From: Eubacteriales bacterium
GTDB taxonomy: Bacteria; Bacillota; Clostridia; Oscillospirales; CAG-272
Assembly (NCBI GenBank): GCA_045133915.1
Contig: JBGUUX010000100.1
Span: 69 to 64,068, forward strand
Length of the DNA: 64,000 bases
Reading direction: 5' to 3'
Positions 45,643-54,146 of this stretch are shown in pieces. Both the position numbers and the translations under genes were made by a program. Each line of letters starts with the position of its first letter. The stretch's first letter is position 1. Below the pieces are notes generated by a model, which ran no database searches, had not been told where the DNA came from, and saw only the letters and a program-made list of their open reading frames with translations.

Positions 45643-45710
45643 TGCAGAGTGCAGAATGCAGAATGCAGAATTGAGGATATTTTTGTCACCGCAAGGGTTC
45701 CAAAAATTCC
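45641..45710 (+). repeat. Partial copy (one end) of the heptamer-TIR element
   Basis: aatgcagagtgcagaatgcagaatgcagaattgaggatatttttgtcacc...aaaaattcc matches the terminal ~70 bp of the 208-bp element when read inward from one end. Confidence 0.7.
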
Positions 45711-45756
45711 GTTGTAATTATATTTCAGTTCACAAAGCCGAAACGGCAGCATATTT

Positions 45757-45785
45757 AAAAATGGTTCACTGAGTGAACCATTTTT
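45757..45785. terminator. Bidirectional terminator between add and the LysR gene
   Basis: AAAA, ATGGTTCAC, TGA loop, GTGAACCAT, TTTT. The hairpin includes the LysR stop codon. Confidence 0.6.
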
Positions 45786-46653
45786 GTTCGTTTATAAGCT
45801 TAATAAGCTCTCTTGCCGGAAGGGTGAGAGAATGGCGTTTTTTCTTTACCAAAGTTATTTCCCTTTCGGGCAGCCCTTGAGTAAGTGATATCCTCTTAAC
45901 ACCTGTCTCTGTCTCTAAAAACTGTTCGGGAACAAAGCCTACGCCGAGACCGTGCTTGACAAGGGGCAATATCTGATCGGCGGTAGCCGCCTCTATATCG
46001 GGTGAAAAATCAACCCCTGCTTCGGCAAACATTTTGAAATACAGATCGTAGGTAGACGAGCCCTTTCCCAAGGATATCATAGGATATTCTGCAAGCTCCT
46101 TTAAGGTGATATTCTCCATCACCTCAAAATCGGTACTGCATACAGGCACCTCTCTCAGAATGCACAAGGGTGTGGTCTGTATCTTTTCGTTTAGCTCCAC
46201 CGGAGTTGTGACGACCGCAAGATCAATAAGCCTGTTGTCTACCATCCTAATCGCCTGAGGAGTTGAGACGTTGAGTATTTTTATACGTATACCCGGATAT
46301 AGCTCGTGATATCTGCGAAGTATCGGTAACAGATAACAGCGCAGAGCGATCTCGGTTGCTCCCAAAGATACAACTCCGTTCTGCAGACTGTTTTTGAGAG
46401 ATATAGATTCTTCCCCTGCCTGTATATGCTTAAAAGCTATAGAAATATGCTCGTACAGCTCCGTCCCTTCCTCGGTGAGTACAACTCCCTTGTTGGTACG
46501 TTCAAACAAAGTACAGTCAAGCTGTTTTTCTAAATTTTTTATTGCTCTTGTAAGATTTGGCTGGTTGCTGTAAAGCATTTCCGCCGCTCTTGTAAAGCTT
46601 TTATATCTGGCAACGTAATAAAATATCCTGTAATGATCGTAACTGATATTCAT
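45766..46653 (-). CDS. LysR-family transcriptional regulator
   Basis: The N-terminal wHTH is FYYVARYKSFTRAAEMLYSNQPNLTRAIKNLEKQL. It is followed by a substrate-binding domain of typical length. Confidence 0.85.
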   Translation of the reverse strand: MNISYDHYRIFYYVARYKSFTRAAEMLYSNQPNLTRAIKNLEKQLDCTLFERTNKGVVLTEEGTELYEHISIAFKHIQAGEESISLKNSLQNGVVSLGATEIALRCYLLPILRRYHELYPGIRIKILNVSTPQAIRMVDNRLIDLAVVTTPVELNEKIQTTPLCILREVPVCSTDFEVMENITLKELAEYPMISLGKGSSTYDLYFKMFAEAGVDFSPDIEAATADQILPLVKHGLGVGFVPEQFLETETGVKRISLTQGLPEREITLVKKKRHSLTLPARELIKLINEQKWFTQ

Positions 46654-46768
46654 AGTTTCTCCATATCATTTTGACATATACGATATATTAACTATACATT
46701 TTACATATAGCATTATCTGTATTATAATACTATCAAAGGAATATGTCAAATGTTTTTTGGAGGTATTT

Positions 46769-47095
46769 ATGAACATTACTATTTTAAGTGAGCTTTTAGA
46801 GGCATTCACCATCATATGCTTCGGTCTGTCATGGCCTATATCCATCCGTAAATCCCTTATCTCAAAAACCGGTAAGGGTAAAAGTCTTTTCTTCGAGGTT
46901 TTTCTGCTTGTTGGATATGCTCTCGGTATTATGCGAAAGATGATCCAGGTAAGCTCTTTAGACTGTACAGGATTCGTGTTCTACCTTGGTTTCTTCTTCT
47001 ATGTGCTTAATTTCATAGAAATTTCTATAGATATCGCCCTCTACTTCAGAAACGTAAAATATGATAAAATGAGAAGCGAGGGCGTTTTGGTATAA
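46769..47095 (+). CDS. Small membrane protein (108 aa)
   Basis: GGAGG, 5 nt, ATG at 46769. Three hydrophobic helices. Confidence 0.6.
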   Translation: MNITILSELLEAFTIICFGLSWPISIRKSLISKTGKGKSLFFEVFLLVGYALGIMRKMIQVSSLDCTGFVFYLGFFFYVLNFIEISIDIALYFRNVKYDKMRSEGVLV

Positions 47096-47105
47096 AAAAT
47101 CCCTA

Positions 47106-47639
47106 TCATAAGGATAGGGATTTTTTTATGCGTGTAAGTGTTTTTCGTATCGGAATATAGAGTATAAGCATCACGGCAAAGTTGCCGATACAGTGGGTAA
47201 GGTCAAAGGGGATACCTGATATCCACTTGGCAAAGGCGGTGGAAAGTCCAAAGGACACGCCCCCCTCTATCCAGCCGAGAGCAAAGTAGGTAACAGAACA
47301 AAGCGCGCCGAACAAAAGTCCGTAAATACCGCTGAATATGCTCCATATCCATACGTTGTCAATCTTTTTGAAAAGCAAGCCTGCAACGGCAGGTATCCAC
47401 CATATGTAAGTGTACATTATTACCCAGTCGCCAAAGGGGTACAGAAGCGCCTGTACTATGACAAACACCGGAATAACGCACATTACCCTCCAGCCAAAGC
47501 AGATGCCGTAGATTATGACGAGAAAGCTCACCAGTTCTATGTTTGGCAGAAAGTCAAGGGCTACCTTTGCCGCAAGTAAAATTGCGGTCATAATACCGAT
47601 AACTGCAATATCTAGGACACGGAATTTTTTAGCCTTCAT
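47106..47639 (-). CDS. ECF-transporter S-component-like membrane protein (177 aa)
   Basis: Polytopic, about 6 TM helices. It is the last gene of the riboswitch-controlled operon. Confidence 0.55.
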   Translation of the reverse strand: MKAKKFRVLDIAVIGIMTAILLAAKVALDFLPNIELVSFLVIIYGICFGWRVMCVIPVFVIVQALLYPFGDWVIMYTYIWWIPAVAGLLFKKIDNVWIWSIFSGIYGLLFGALCSVTYFALGWIEGGVSFGLSTAFAKWISGIPFDLTHCIGNFAVMLILYIPIRKTLTRIKKSLSL

Positions 47640-48024
47640 ATACGGTATATTCTATCTTAAAGCTGTCGCCGTCATCTACAGGCTGCTCAAAGATGCCGTA
47701 GTTGCAGTATTCGCCGTTTACGTAGAAGCCCCAGTAGCTCATATCCTTGTCATAGTCGGCGGTAATGCCGTTTATGGTGTTGACGTAGGTATCCTCTGCC
47801 TCGTAGGTGATGCCTGCCTCGGTCATGGCGTCGGCAAGATAGAGAGCGTCGGTCTTAACGGTATATTCCTTGCTCTCACCCTTGTCGTCAACAAACTCAA
47901 TAGTTACAGACTTTGTGCCCTCTGTTGCTTTGGGAACGAAGACAAAGTATATTGTTGCTACTATCGCGATCACTAATATAAATGCTGCGATTGCTATAAT
48001 TGTTTTCTTGTTCATACGATACAT
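47629..48024 (-). CDS. DUF4430 protein with N-terminal anchor (transcobalamin beta-domain-like)
   Basis: An N-terminal TM/signal anchor is followed by VTIEFVDDKGESKEYTVKTD...YWGFYVNGEYCNYG...DGDSFKIEY, the DUF4430 pattern. Confidence 0.65.
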   Translation of the reverse strand: MYRMNKKTIIAIAAFILVIAIVATIYFVFVPKATEGTKSVTIEFVDDKGESKEYTVKTDALYLADAMTEAGITYEAEDTYVNTINGITADYDKDMSYWGFYVNGEYCNYGIFEQPVDDGDSFKIEYTVYEG

Positions 48025-48053
48025 CTCCTTTTCATCAAATTATATCATATTAC

Positions 48054-48953
48054 TTATGTTTTTTCAAGTCGGAAAGAAAGTTTTAATGCCCTGCGAAAGC
48101 AATATTCGGTCCACAGTTCAAGACACAGGGGCATTATGCAAAGAACAGTATATCCCGTATAGAAAACTGTACTTGCCAGGGTAAAGGGCGGCAGAATTAT
48201 CCTCGGATCATAGACACAACCCGTCTGCCCCAACATAACACCCATCACTGTCAGTGTCAGCACAAAAAAGGTGAAAACCGTATAGGCTCTGTCACGGTTA
48301 TCAAAGCGGTATATCGAAAAGGCTTTTCTGCCCCTCAATATACTACCTCGGCTACGCATTGATACCGATGCTTGGGTCAGAGAATCTATAGTCCAGGTTA
48401 TAAGTATAGAGAATATACGAAGCATATTCAGAGTACGCCTGAGTATATTTCCCTGCCTCACCCCTCTGCCGATACAGCTTTGCGCGGTGTTTATGCGCTT
48501 TGCCTCGGTTGTTATGCGAGGTATCATACGCAAAAGTATTGATAGGAAAAGGGATAGCCCGGGGCTTAATCTGCCGAAGAGATATACCACTTTATCAGAG
48601 GTGAATACCGAGAATATGCAGGAAAACCACATAATGACCCCCGCTGTGCGGATACCGAGAACAAGACCGTACAGCAAGGATTCGGCTGTTATGTTATTAC
48701 CTATAAAGTTTTGGTCAAGAACGGTTACGCCGAAATGGGTATACGAGCTGTAATAAAGGGCAAATGCCGCTATAAGAGGTATAAGTATAAGGTTAAATAT
48801 AACTGCCTTTACGCCGTTTCGCTTTATACTGTAGGCAAAGGCGCAGATATAGGATATCAGAAGAAACACGGGATGATCAAAGCTAAGCGTTCCCAAAAGA
48901 ACGGCAGCAAAATATATCAGATTTACCGCAGGATGACAGTGTTCAAATCCCAT
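48054..48953 (-). CDS. ecfT: ECF transporter T component (EcfT/CbiQ family)
   Basis: 299-aa polytopic protein next to ecfA and the S component. Conserved Arg-rich loops are present (AQSCIGRGVRQGNILRR...MRSRG). Confidence 0.7.
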   Translation of the reverse strand: MGFEHCHPAVNLIYFAAVLLGTLSFDHPVFLLISYICAFAYSIKRNGVKAVIFNLILIPLIAAFALYYSSYTHFGVTVLDQNFIGNNITAESLLYGLVLGIRTAGVIMWFSCIFSVFTSDKVVYLFGRLSPGLSLFLSILLRMIPRITTEAKRINTAQSCIGRGVRQGNILRRTLNMLRIFSILITWTIDSLTQASVSMRSRGSILRGRKAFSIYRFDNRDRAYTVFTFFVLTLTVMGVMLGQTGCVYDPRIILPPFTLASTVFYTGYTVLCIMPLCLELWTEYCFRRALKLSFRLEKT

Positions 48954-49647
48954 AGTTATCCTCCGTAATACCGTATTTTACTCTGACCCGTTCTAACTTT
49001 TCAAGTAAAGGCTTACCGAGCAAAAGCATAATTAACGCGGTGCAAATGCCCTGCATAACATTGACGGGAAAGCCGGAAGCAAGGGATGAGATAAGAGACT
49101 TTACGCTCAGATCAGGCATCATAACAAACAAATGCGCCGTATCAAGCAACGGACCTATCCAGACTATGACCGTAAAAAAGCCTATAACTGCCATTATCCA
49201 CGGTTTACGTCCGCTTTTGTTATTCATAAATACAAATCCTGCAAGCATACCGCCTGCTCCGTATGCCGTCATCTGAAATGGCATATACGCTCCTATACCG
49301 TAAAAAAAGTCACCTACAAACGCCGTAACTGCACCTACGATAAAGCCATATTCGGGACCAAGGGCTATACCTGCAAGCATTATAAGAGCATACGCCGCCT
49401 TAAAATGGGGGATGGGTATAAGGACACGTCCTAAGATCGCAAGGACACACATAACTAAAAGCGTCATTATCTCACAAAGTCTCGGCTTGTTTCTGCCAAA
49501 GGTCATAAAGAACGGAACAAGCAGCTCTGCAAAGATAAGCAGACAAGTTATAAAATATCCTCTGCCGGGCAGCTTGGTACCGAAAAACAGCGTAAGGGGA
49601 ATAAAAACAAAAAAGACTGTTATCAAGGCTATATTTGATTTTTTCAT
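48943..49647 (-). CDS. ECF S-component-like membrane protein (234 aa)
   Basis: Polytopic and Gly-rich (GPEYGFIVGAVTAFVGDFFYGIGAYMPFQM). Confidence 0.55.
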   Translation of the reverse strand: MKKSNIALITVFFVFIPLTLFFGTKLPGRGYFITCLLIFAELLVPFFMTFGRNKPRLCEIMTLLVMCVLAILGRVLIPIPHFKAAYALIMLAGIALGPEYGFIVGAVTAFVGDFFYGIGAYMPFQMTAYGAGGMLAGFVFMNNKSGRKPWIMAVIGFFTVIVWIGPLLDTAHLFVMMPDLSVKSLISSLASGFPVNVMQGICTALIMLLLGKPLLEKLERVRVKYGITEDNYGI

Positions 49648-51302
49648 ATATCCTCCTTATTCTGTCTGTAGAGCTGTACTACATCTTCGGCGGTAACTGC
49701 GTTTGCAAATATATGCTTGCTCATACGGCTGGCGGCAGTCGTATAAAAGCTGTTGGCGGAAAAGAATCTCACCGGCGCGTCGCTGGTAACTATACCTCCG
49801 TCAAAAAACATACTTATCATGTCAGCGTGTTCCGCACAGAACTCGATATCGTGGGAGACCATAACGACGGTTATTCCCTGTTCCTTTAATCTGCCGAGTA
49901 TCGAAGCAAAGCTTTCCTTAAAGAAGCTATCCATGCCCTTTGTGGGTTCGTCAAGCAAAAGAAGCCTGGGTTCACTCAGAAGTACTTTACACAGTGCCGC
50001 TCTCTGTTGTTCTCCTCCCGAAAGATCGTAGGGATGACTGTTCAGAAGAGGTGTTATCTGACAAAGCTGTGCAGTTGCTTTTATCTTAGCTTCGTTCTTT
50101 GTCATTTCAAAAAGGTCCTCGTAAACCGTCTTTTTAACAAACAGACTCTTTGGATCCTGTGGCAGCATAGCAAGACAGCGTGAAAAAAGCTCGGTCTGCT
50201 TATATTTTTCCTGAGGCTTTCCGAATATTTTTATACTACCTCGGTAGGGTTTACATACACCGCATATTGCCTTAAGAGTGGTAGATTTTCCTGTGCCGTT
50301 ACCGCCTACGATAGCACATAAACTTCCTTTAGGAACGTCAAGACTTACACCTCGCATAACGTCGGTGCTGTTTTTTTCGTAACGAAACCAAACTTCCTTG
50401 AGAGAAATTGCGGGGTCATCAACCTCATCCTCAAAAGCGGATACGGGCAGAGTGTCGATCCTTGGTTTATCTGTAAACTCAGAGCTGAGCCATCTTCTTC
50501 CTTCACGGACGGTAAGAGGAACCTGTCCCTCTGCACCCGTACCCAAAAATACTCTCACGGGGGTAGGCATGGCCCTGAACATAGGGTTATGAGATTCATA
50601 GAGAAGCTTTCCGATATGCTTTGGAGCGCCGTCGGCGATCACCCTGCCCTCCTCCATTACTATAGCACGGTCGACGTAAGGAAAAATATCCTCAAGCCTG
50701 TGCTCGGTGATAATGACTGTAGTTCCGAGCTCTGTATTTATCTTTCGCACCGTGTTGAGAAAATCTGAGGCTGCGATAGGGTCGAGCTGACTTGTAGGCT
50801 CATCTAAGATAAGCACGCGAGGCTGCATAGCCATAACAGAAGCTAAATTGAGCAACTGCTTTTGCCCGCCCGAAAGCTCTGCTACGTTTCGGTGAAACCA
50901 ATCCTGTATCCCAAAATAGCTCGCCATCTCGGCAACACGTGCACGCATAGTCCTTTGCTCACAGCCAAGGCTTTCCAGTCCGAAAGCAAGCTCATGCCAT
51001 ACCTTGTCGGTCACTATCTGGTCATCAGGATTCTGCATAACGTATCCTATGCCCGAAGACTGGTCTCTTGCGCTAACTTGATTAAGAGCAGTACCGCAAA
51101 AATACACCTCTCCGCTTCTCTTTCCGTTGGGGGTAAGAACGCTTTTCAGGTGGCGGAGCAAGGTCGTTTTTCCGCTTCCCGACCGACCGCAGAGAACTGT
51201 ATACTCTCCTTTTTTAACAGAAAAGGAAACCGAGTCAAGGGACTTTTTGCCATTGGCTGCAGAATAGCAAAAGCTTAAATTGTCTATCTTAAAATCTTCC
51301 AT
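49644..51302 (-). CDS. ecfA: Fused double ABC ATPase (EcfA-EcfA')
   Basis: Two Walker A motifs (GRSGSGKTT, GGNGTGKST). Two signature motifs (LSGGQKQ, LSGGEQQ). Two Walker B motifs (LILDEPTS, LLLDEPTK). Confidence 0.9.
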   Translation of the reverse strand: MEDFKIDNLSFCYSAANGKKSLDSVSFSVKKGEYTVLCGRSGSGKTTLLRHLKSVLTPNGKRSGEVYFCGTALNQVSARDQSSGIGYVMQNPDDQIVTDKVWHELAFGLESLGCEQRTMRARVAEMASYFGIQDWFHRNVAELSGGQKQLLNLASVMAMQPRVLILDEPTSQLDPIAASDFLNTVRKINTELGTTVIITEHRLEDIFPYVDRAIVMEEGRVIADGAPKHIGKLLYESHNPMFRAMPTPVRVFLGTGAEGQVPLTVREGRRWLSSEFTDKPRIDTLPVSAFEDEVDDPAISLKEVWFRYEKNSTDVMRGVSLDVPKGSLCAIVGGNGTGKSTTLKAICGVCKPYRGSIKIFGKPQEKYKQTELFSRCLAMLPQDPKSLFVKKTVYEDLFEMTKNEAKIKATAQLCQITPLLNSHPYDLSGGEQQRAALCKVLLSEPRLLLLDEPTKGMDSFFKESFASILGRLKEQGITVVMVSHDIEFCAEHADMISMFFDGGIVTSDAPVRFFSANSFYTTAASRMSKHIFANAVTAEDVVQLYRQNKEDI

Positions 51303-51311
51303 TATTTCTCC

Positions 51312-52682
51312 TTATTCCCAGCGCTCTGCGCCAACGTCCTCACCAAGGCCCTTACAAGTGTAGCACCATACTATGTTTTCGCCACCCGTAAGCTCATAGC
51401 TTGAACATCCGTAGTTCGGGAACCATCCGTTGACCTTGTACATCCACCCCGATTCAAATCCGCAGTCGAATTCGTAAAGGTTGTTGATGCCTTCGATATA
51501 ATAACTGTCGTACATTGGTGTCCAGCTGTATTCTATCTGTATTTCGTACTGCTTACAGATACGGTTGAGCACGTCAAAGACCGTCTCTCCCTTGGTAAAC
51601 TCTACCGTTGTAACCGGAAATATACATCCGTCCTCAGGCACGTAGGGCGCCTTTGCGGGGTCGAGCTCGTCATAGTTGTCAAGTATAGTATCGCAACGTA
51701 TGGTTATAGAACACCTTAGCTTTTGGGGTTCGGGAGGAGTTGTTTCAGAAGGTAAGGTTTCCTTAGGCTTGGTTTCCTTTGGTTTAGTATCCGTTGGCTT
51801 TGTCTCTTTAGGCTTTGTCGTCTCTTCAGTTACGGTTTGCACTGCCTCGGTATCATCGGGTACCTCGGTATCATCGGGAACCTCGGTATCGTCGGGGATA
51901 TATTCTTCGCTATCGATCACCTCTTCTGTACCGTCAAGTGCTTCGGTTTCTTTAAGTTCGGTATCTACGGCAGTTGTATCGGATACAGTTGTATCGTCAG
52001 TTTCGCTTTTCTCAGGTGCCTGAAGCTGAGCCCATCTGTCAGCTTCGAGAGCATCAAGCTCCTCAAGAGTAAAGATTAAGTCCTTTGAAGAATCAACACG
52101 GCGAAGCTGTGCAATATTAAAGTCGTTCAAGCTGTTAATGGAAATTTTTCGCACAGACCTTTCGTCACCCAGCCATTCAACCATATCTCCCGCCTCGGCA
52201 TCTTCAATCTTACCGTAATATACCGAGATGCTCTGGGCGCCTTTACGTACGCTGAGGGTCGCAACTGCTTTTTCTGCAACGACCTCTTTTTCGTCAAAGC
52301 AGAGAGTTACGGACTTAGCTGTATCAACAAACACTTCACCCTTCTCCACCGAAAGGCAAAGAGCCGTACTTGCAGGGTTAAGTATCTCTGTCACCGCGCT
52401 CTGCCCCAGGGTTATATATCCGTCTCCTATGGTTATACGTGCCGTTGCTCCGGCATCTACCGATACACGGTCTCCTTCTCTTAACACGGTGTTTTCGGTT
52501 ACGGCAAAAGCTACGCCGTTACGCTCAAGCTCTGTTATTCCTCTGATATCGCAGAGCATGGCTGTATCTTCACCGGGTTTATCAAACCAACCCTTATAAA
52601 ATCCGGTACCTACGATACCTGCAGAAATAATGGCTATGATAATAACCACCATTACGATATTTGCTATCTTTTTCTTCTTCAT
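51312..52682 (-). CDS. Membrane-anchored protein with FecR-like N-domain, acidic Thr/Pro/Glu linker and C-terminal DUF4430 domain
   Basis: TM anchor IANIVMVVIIIAIISAGIVG. Linker DDTEVPDDTEVPDDTEA...TKPKETKPTDTKPKETKPKE. C-terminus GWMYKVNGWFPNYGCSSYELTGGENIVWCY. Confidence 0.65.
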   Translation of the reverse strand: MKKKKIANIVMVVIIIAIISAGIVGTGFYKGWFDKPGEDTAMLCDIRGITELERNGVAFAVTENTVLREGDRVSVDAGATARITIGDGYITLGQSAVTEILNPASTALCLSVEKGEVFVDTAKSVTLCFDEKEVVAEKAVATLSVRKGAQSISVYYGKIEDAEAGDMVEWLGDERSVRKISINSLNDFNIAQLRRVDSSKDLIFTLEELDALEADRWAQLQAPEKSETDDTTVSDTTAVDTELKETEALDGTEEVIDSEEYIPDDTEVPDDTEVPDDTEAVQTVTEETTKPKETKPTDTKPKETKPKETLPSETTPPEPQKLRCSITIRCDTILDNYDELDPAKAPYVPEDGCIFPVTTVEFTKGETVFDVLNRICKQYEIQIEYSWTPMYDSYYIEGINNLYEFDCGFESGWMYKVNGWFPNYGCSSYELTGGENIVWCYTCKGLGEDVGAERWE

Positions 52683-52738
52683 TACTTTTCCTGTATAAGC
52701 TGATATAGTCGGTTGCCGTATACAGCAACCGACGTATA

Positions 52739-54136
52739 TTATCTGTTATAATTTTTTCTCTTGTTAAAGGCTATCATAAGGATAACCGACATAGCTAACA
52801 TAACCGCATAAAATATTATGCTTGCGTTGTCCGAGGTCTGAGGTGCGCTTTGGCCCGCTTCAGATGGCTTGGTTACAGCCTTTTTTGTGGTTACGGTAAC
52901 CTTGTTTGCGGTCTTAGCGGTGGTTACCTTAGCCTTGTCGGCGGTAACGCTTCCTTTGGTTTCATCAGGTGTATCCTTTGTATCGGTACCCTTTGTCACC
53001 GTTGTATCGTCAGAGCCGGTAGTTTCTTCCTCTGTGGTTGTATCTTCGGGAAGTGTTGTATCAGTATCTACGGTAGTGTCCTCGGAAGCAGTAGTGTCCT
53101 CTGTAGCGGTTGTATCACGAGAGGTGGTATCGTCCTCGGGAGGAAGAAGCTCCCCATCGCCTATCACCACGTCGCTCATATCATAGAGGGAGGTCTTGCC
53201 CTCAAGGAATCTGAAATATGCCGCAAGAGCATACGTCGCCTGCTCTGTTGCCATACCGTTAAGTGCCGCACCCGGATTATGGGCAAAGCCACCGCCCTCT
53301 ATAGCAAAGCTACACATAGCATCCACCACTGACACACCGTTCTTTACAAAACGGGGATCGGTGTGAGGATTAATTCCGAGGGTGGTAAGGGCAACGATGA
53401 CCTGGGCACAGGACTCGCTGCAGATACCGTCTATAGAACCGTAGCCACCGTCATCCTTCTGAAGCTCGGAGAGACGTACAACACCGCGGTCAACTGCCTC
53501 TTTGACAGCCTCGTTTCTTTGGTAATAAGGCGCAAGTGACTGGATAGCCATACCCGTCATATCCGTGTCTGCGTTTTTGCCTGACAGAGCCCAGCCGCCG
53601 TCCTCAAGCTGCTTTGAGAGTATAAAGCTTATAAGACCCTCTCGGCTTACCTGTTCGGTTGCATCAGGGTTCTCGGGTATATCATAGCCGTTACAGTCAA
53701 AGGCAATAAGCGCCCAGATAGGACCGTTAATACCCTGCTTTTTCACATAGGTCATATCGGTAAGACCTACAAGGAGGTTATGGCCTGCTACGTCGGTTAC
53801 GTCATAACCTGCTGAGGTAAGAGCAAGGATAACACGGGAGTTATCGGTGGACTTGGACTTATGAAGCTGACCCTTTTCGTTGATTTTTGAGTTAACGTAT
53901 TCAACAACGTTTTCATAATACCCTTCGGGACAACAATAGCCGGAGCGAGTGAGGTCTATGACCATCCACTCACCGCCTACAGAACCGACGGTAGGTGTAC
54001 CGAGAGTGCTTATATACTCAAGAGTCTCTTCATATATGGTTCTATGGTCGGTGTCTGCAAATACCGTAAAGGGTATTACGGAGGTGAGCATTATTACGGT
54101 TAAAAAAATTGCGGTAATCTTTGTTATACGCTTCAT
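52739..54136 (-). CDS. Secreted prenyltransferase/terpene-cyclase-like (alpha/alpha toroid) protein with Thr-rich stalk and C-terminal TM anchor
   Basis: A signal peptide is followed by repeated QxxDGGW-type motifs (QLEDGGWALSG, QKDDGGYGS, IEGGGFAHN). The T/D/E-rich stalk is followed by a C-terminal hydrophobic helix. Confidence 0.65.
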   Translation of the reverse strand: MKRITKITAIFLTVIMLTSVIPFTVFADTDHRTIYEETLEYISTLGTPTVGSVGGEWMVIDLTRSGYCCPEGYYENVVEYVNSKINEKGQLHKSKSTDNSRVILALTSAGYDVTDVAGHNLLVGLTDMTYVKKQGINGPIWALIAFDCNGYDIPENPDATEQVSREGLISFILSKQLEDGGWALSGKNADTDMTGMAIQSLAPYYQRNEAVKEAVDRGVVRLSELQKDDGGYGSIDGICSESCAQVIVALTTLGINPHTDPRFVKNGVSVVDAMCSFAIEGGGFAHNPGAALNGMATEQATYALAAYFRFLEGKTSLYDMSDVVIGDGELLPPEDDTTSRDTTATEDTTASEDTTVDTDTTLPEDTTTEEETTGSDDTTVTKGTDTKDTPDETKGSVTADKAKVTTAKTANKVTVTTKKAVTKPSEAGQSAPQTSDNASIIFYAVMLAMSVILMIAFNKRKNYNR

Positions 54137-54146
54137 TTGAGTTTCC

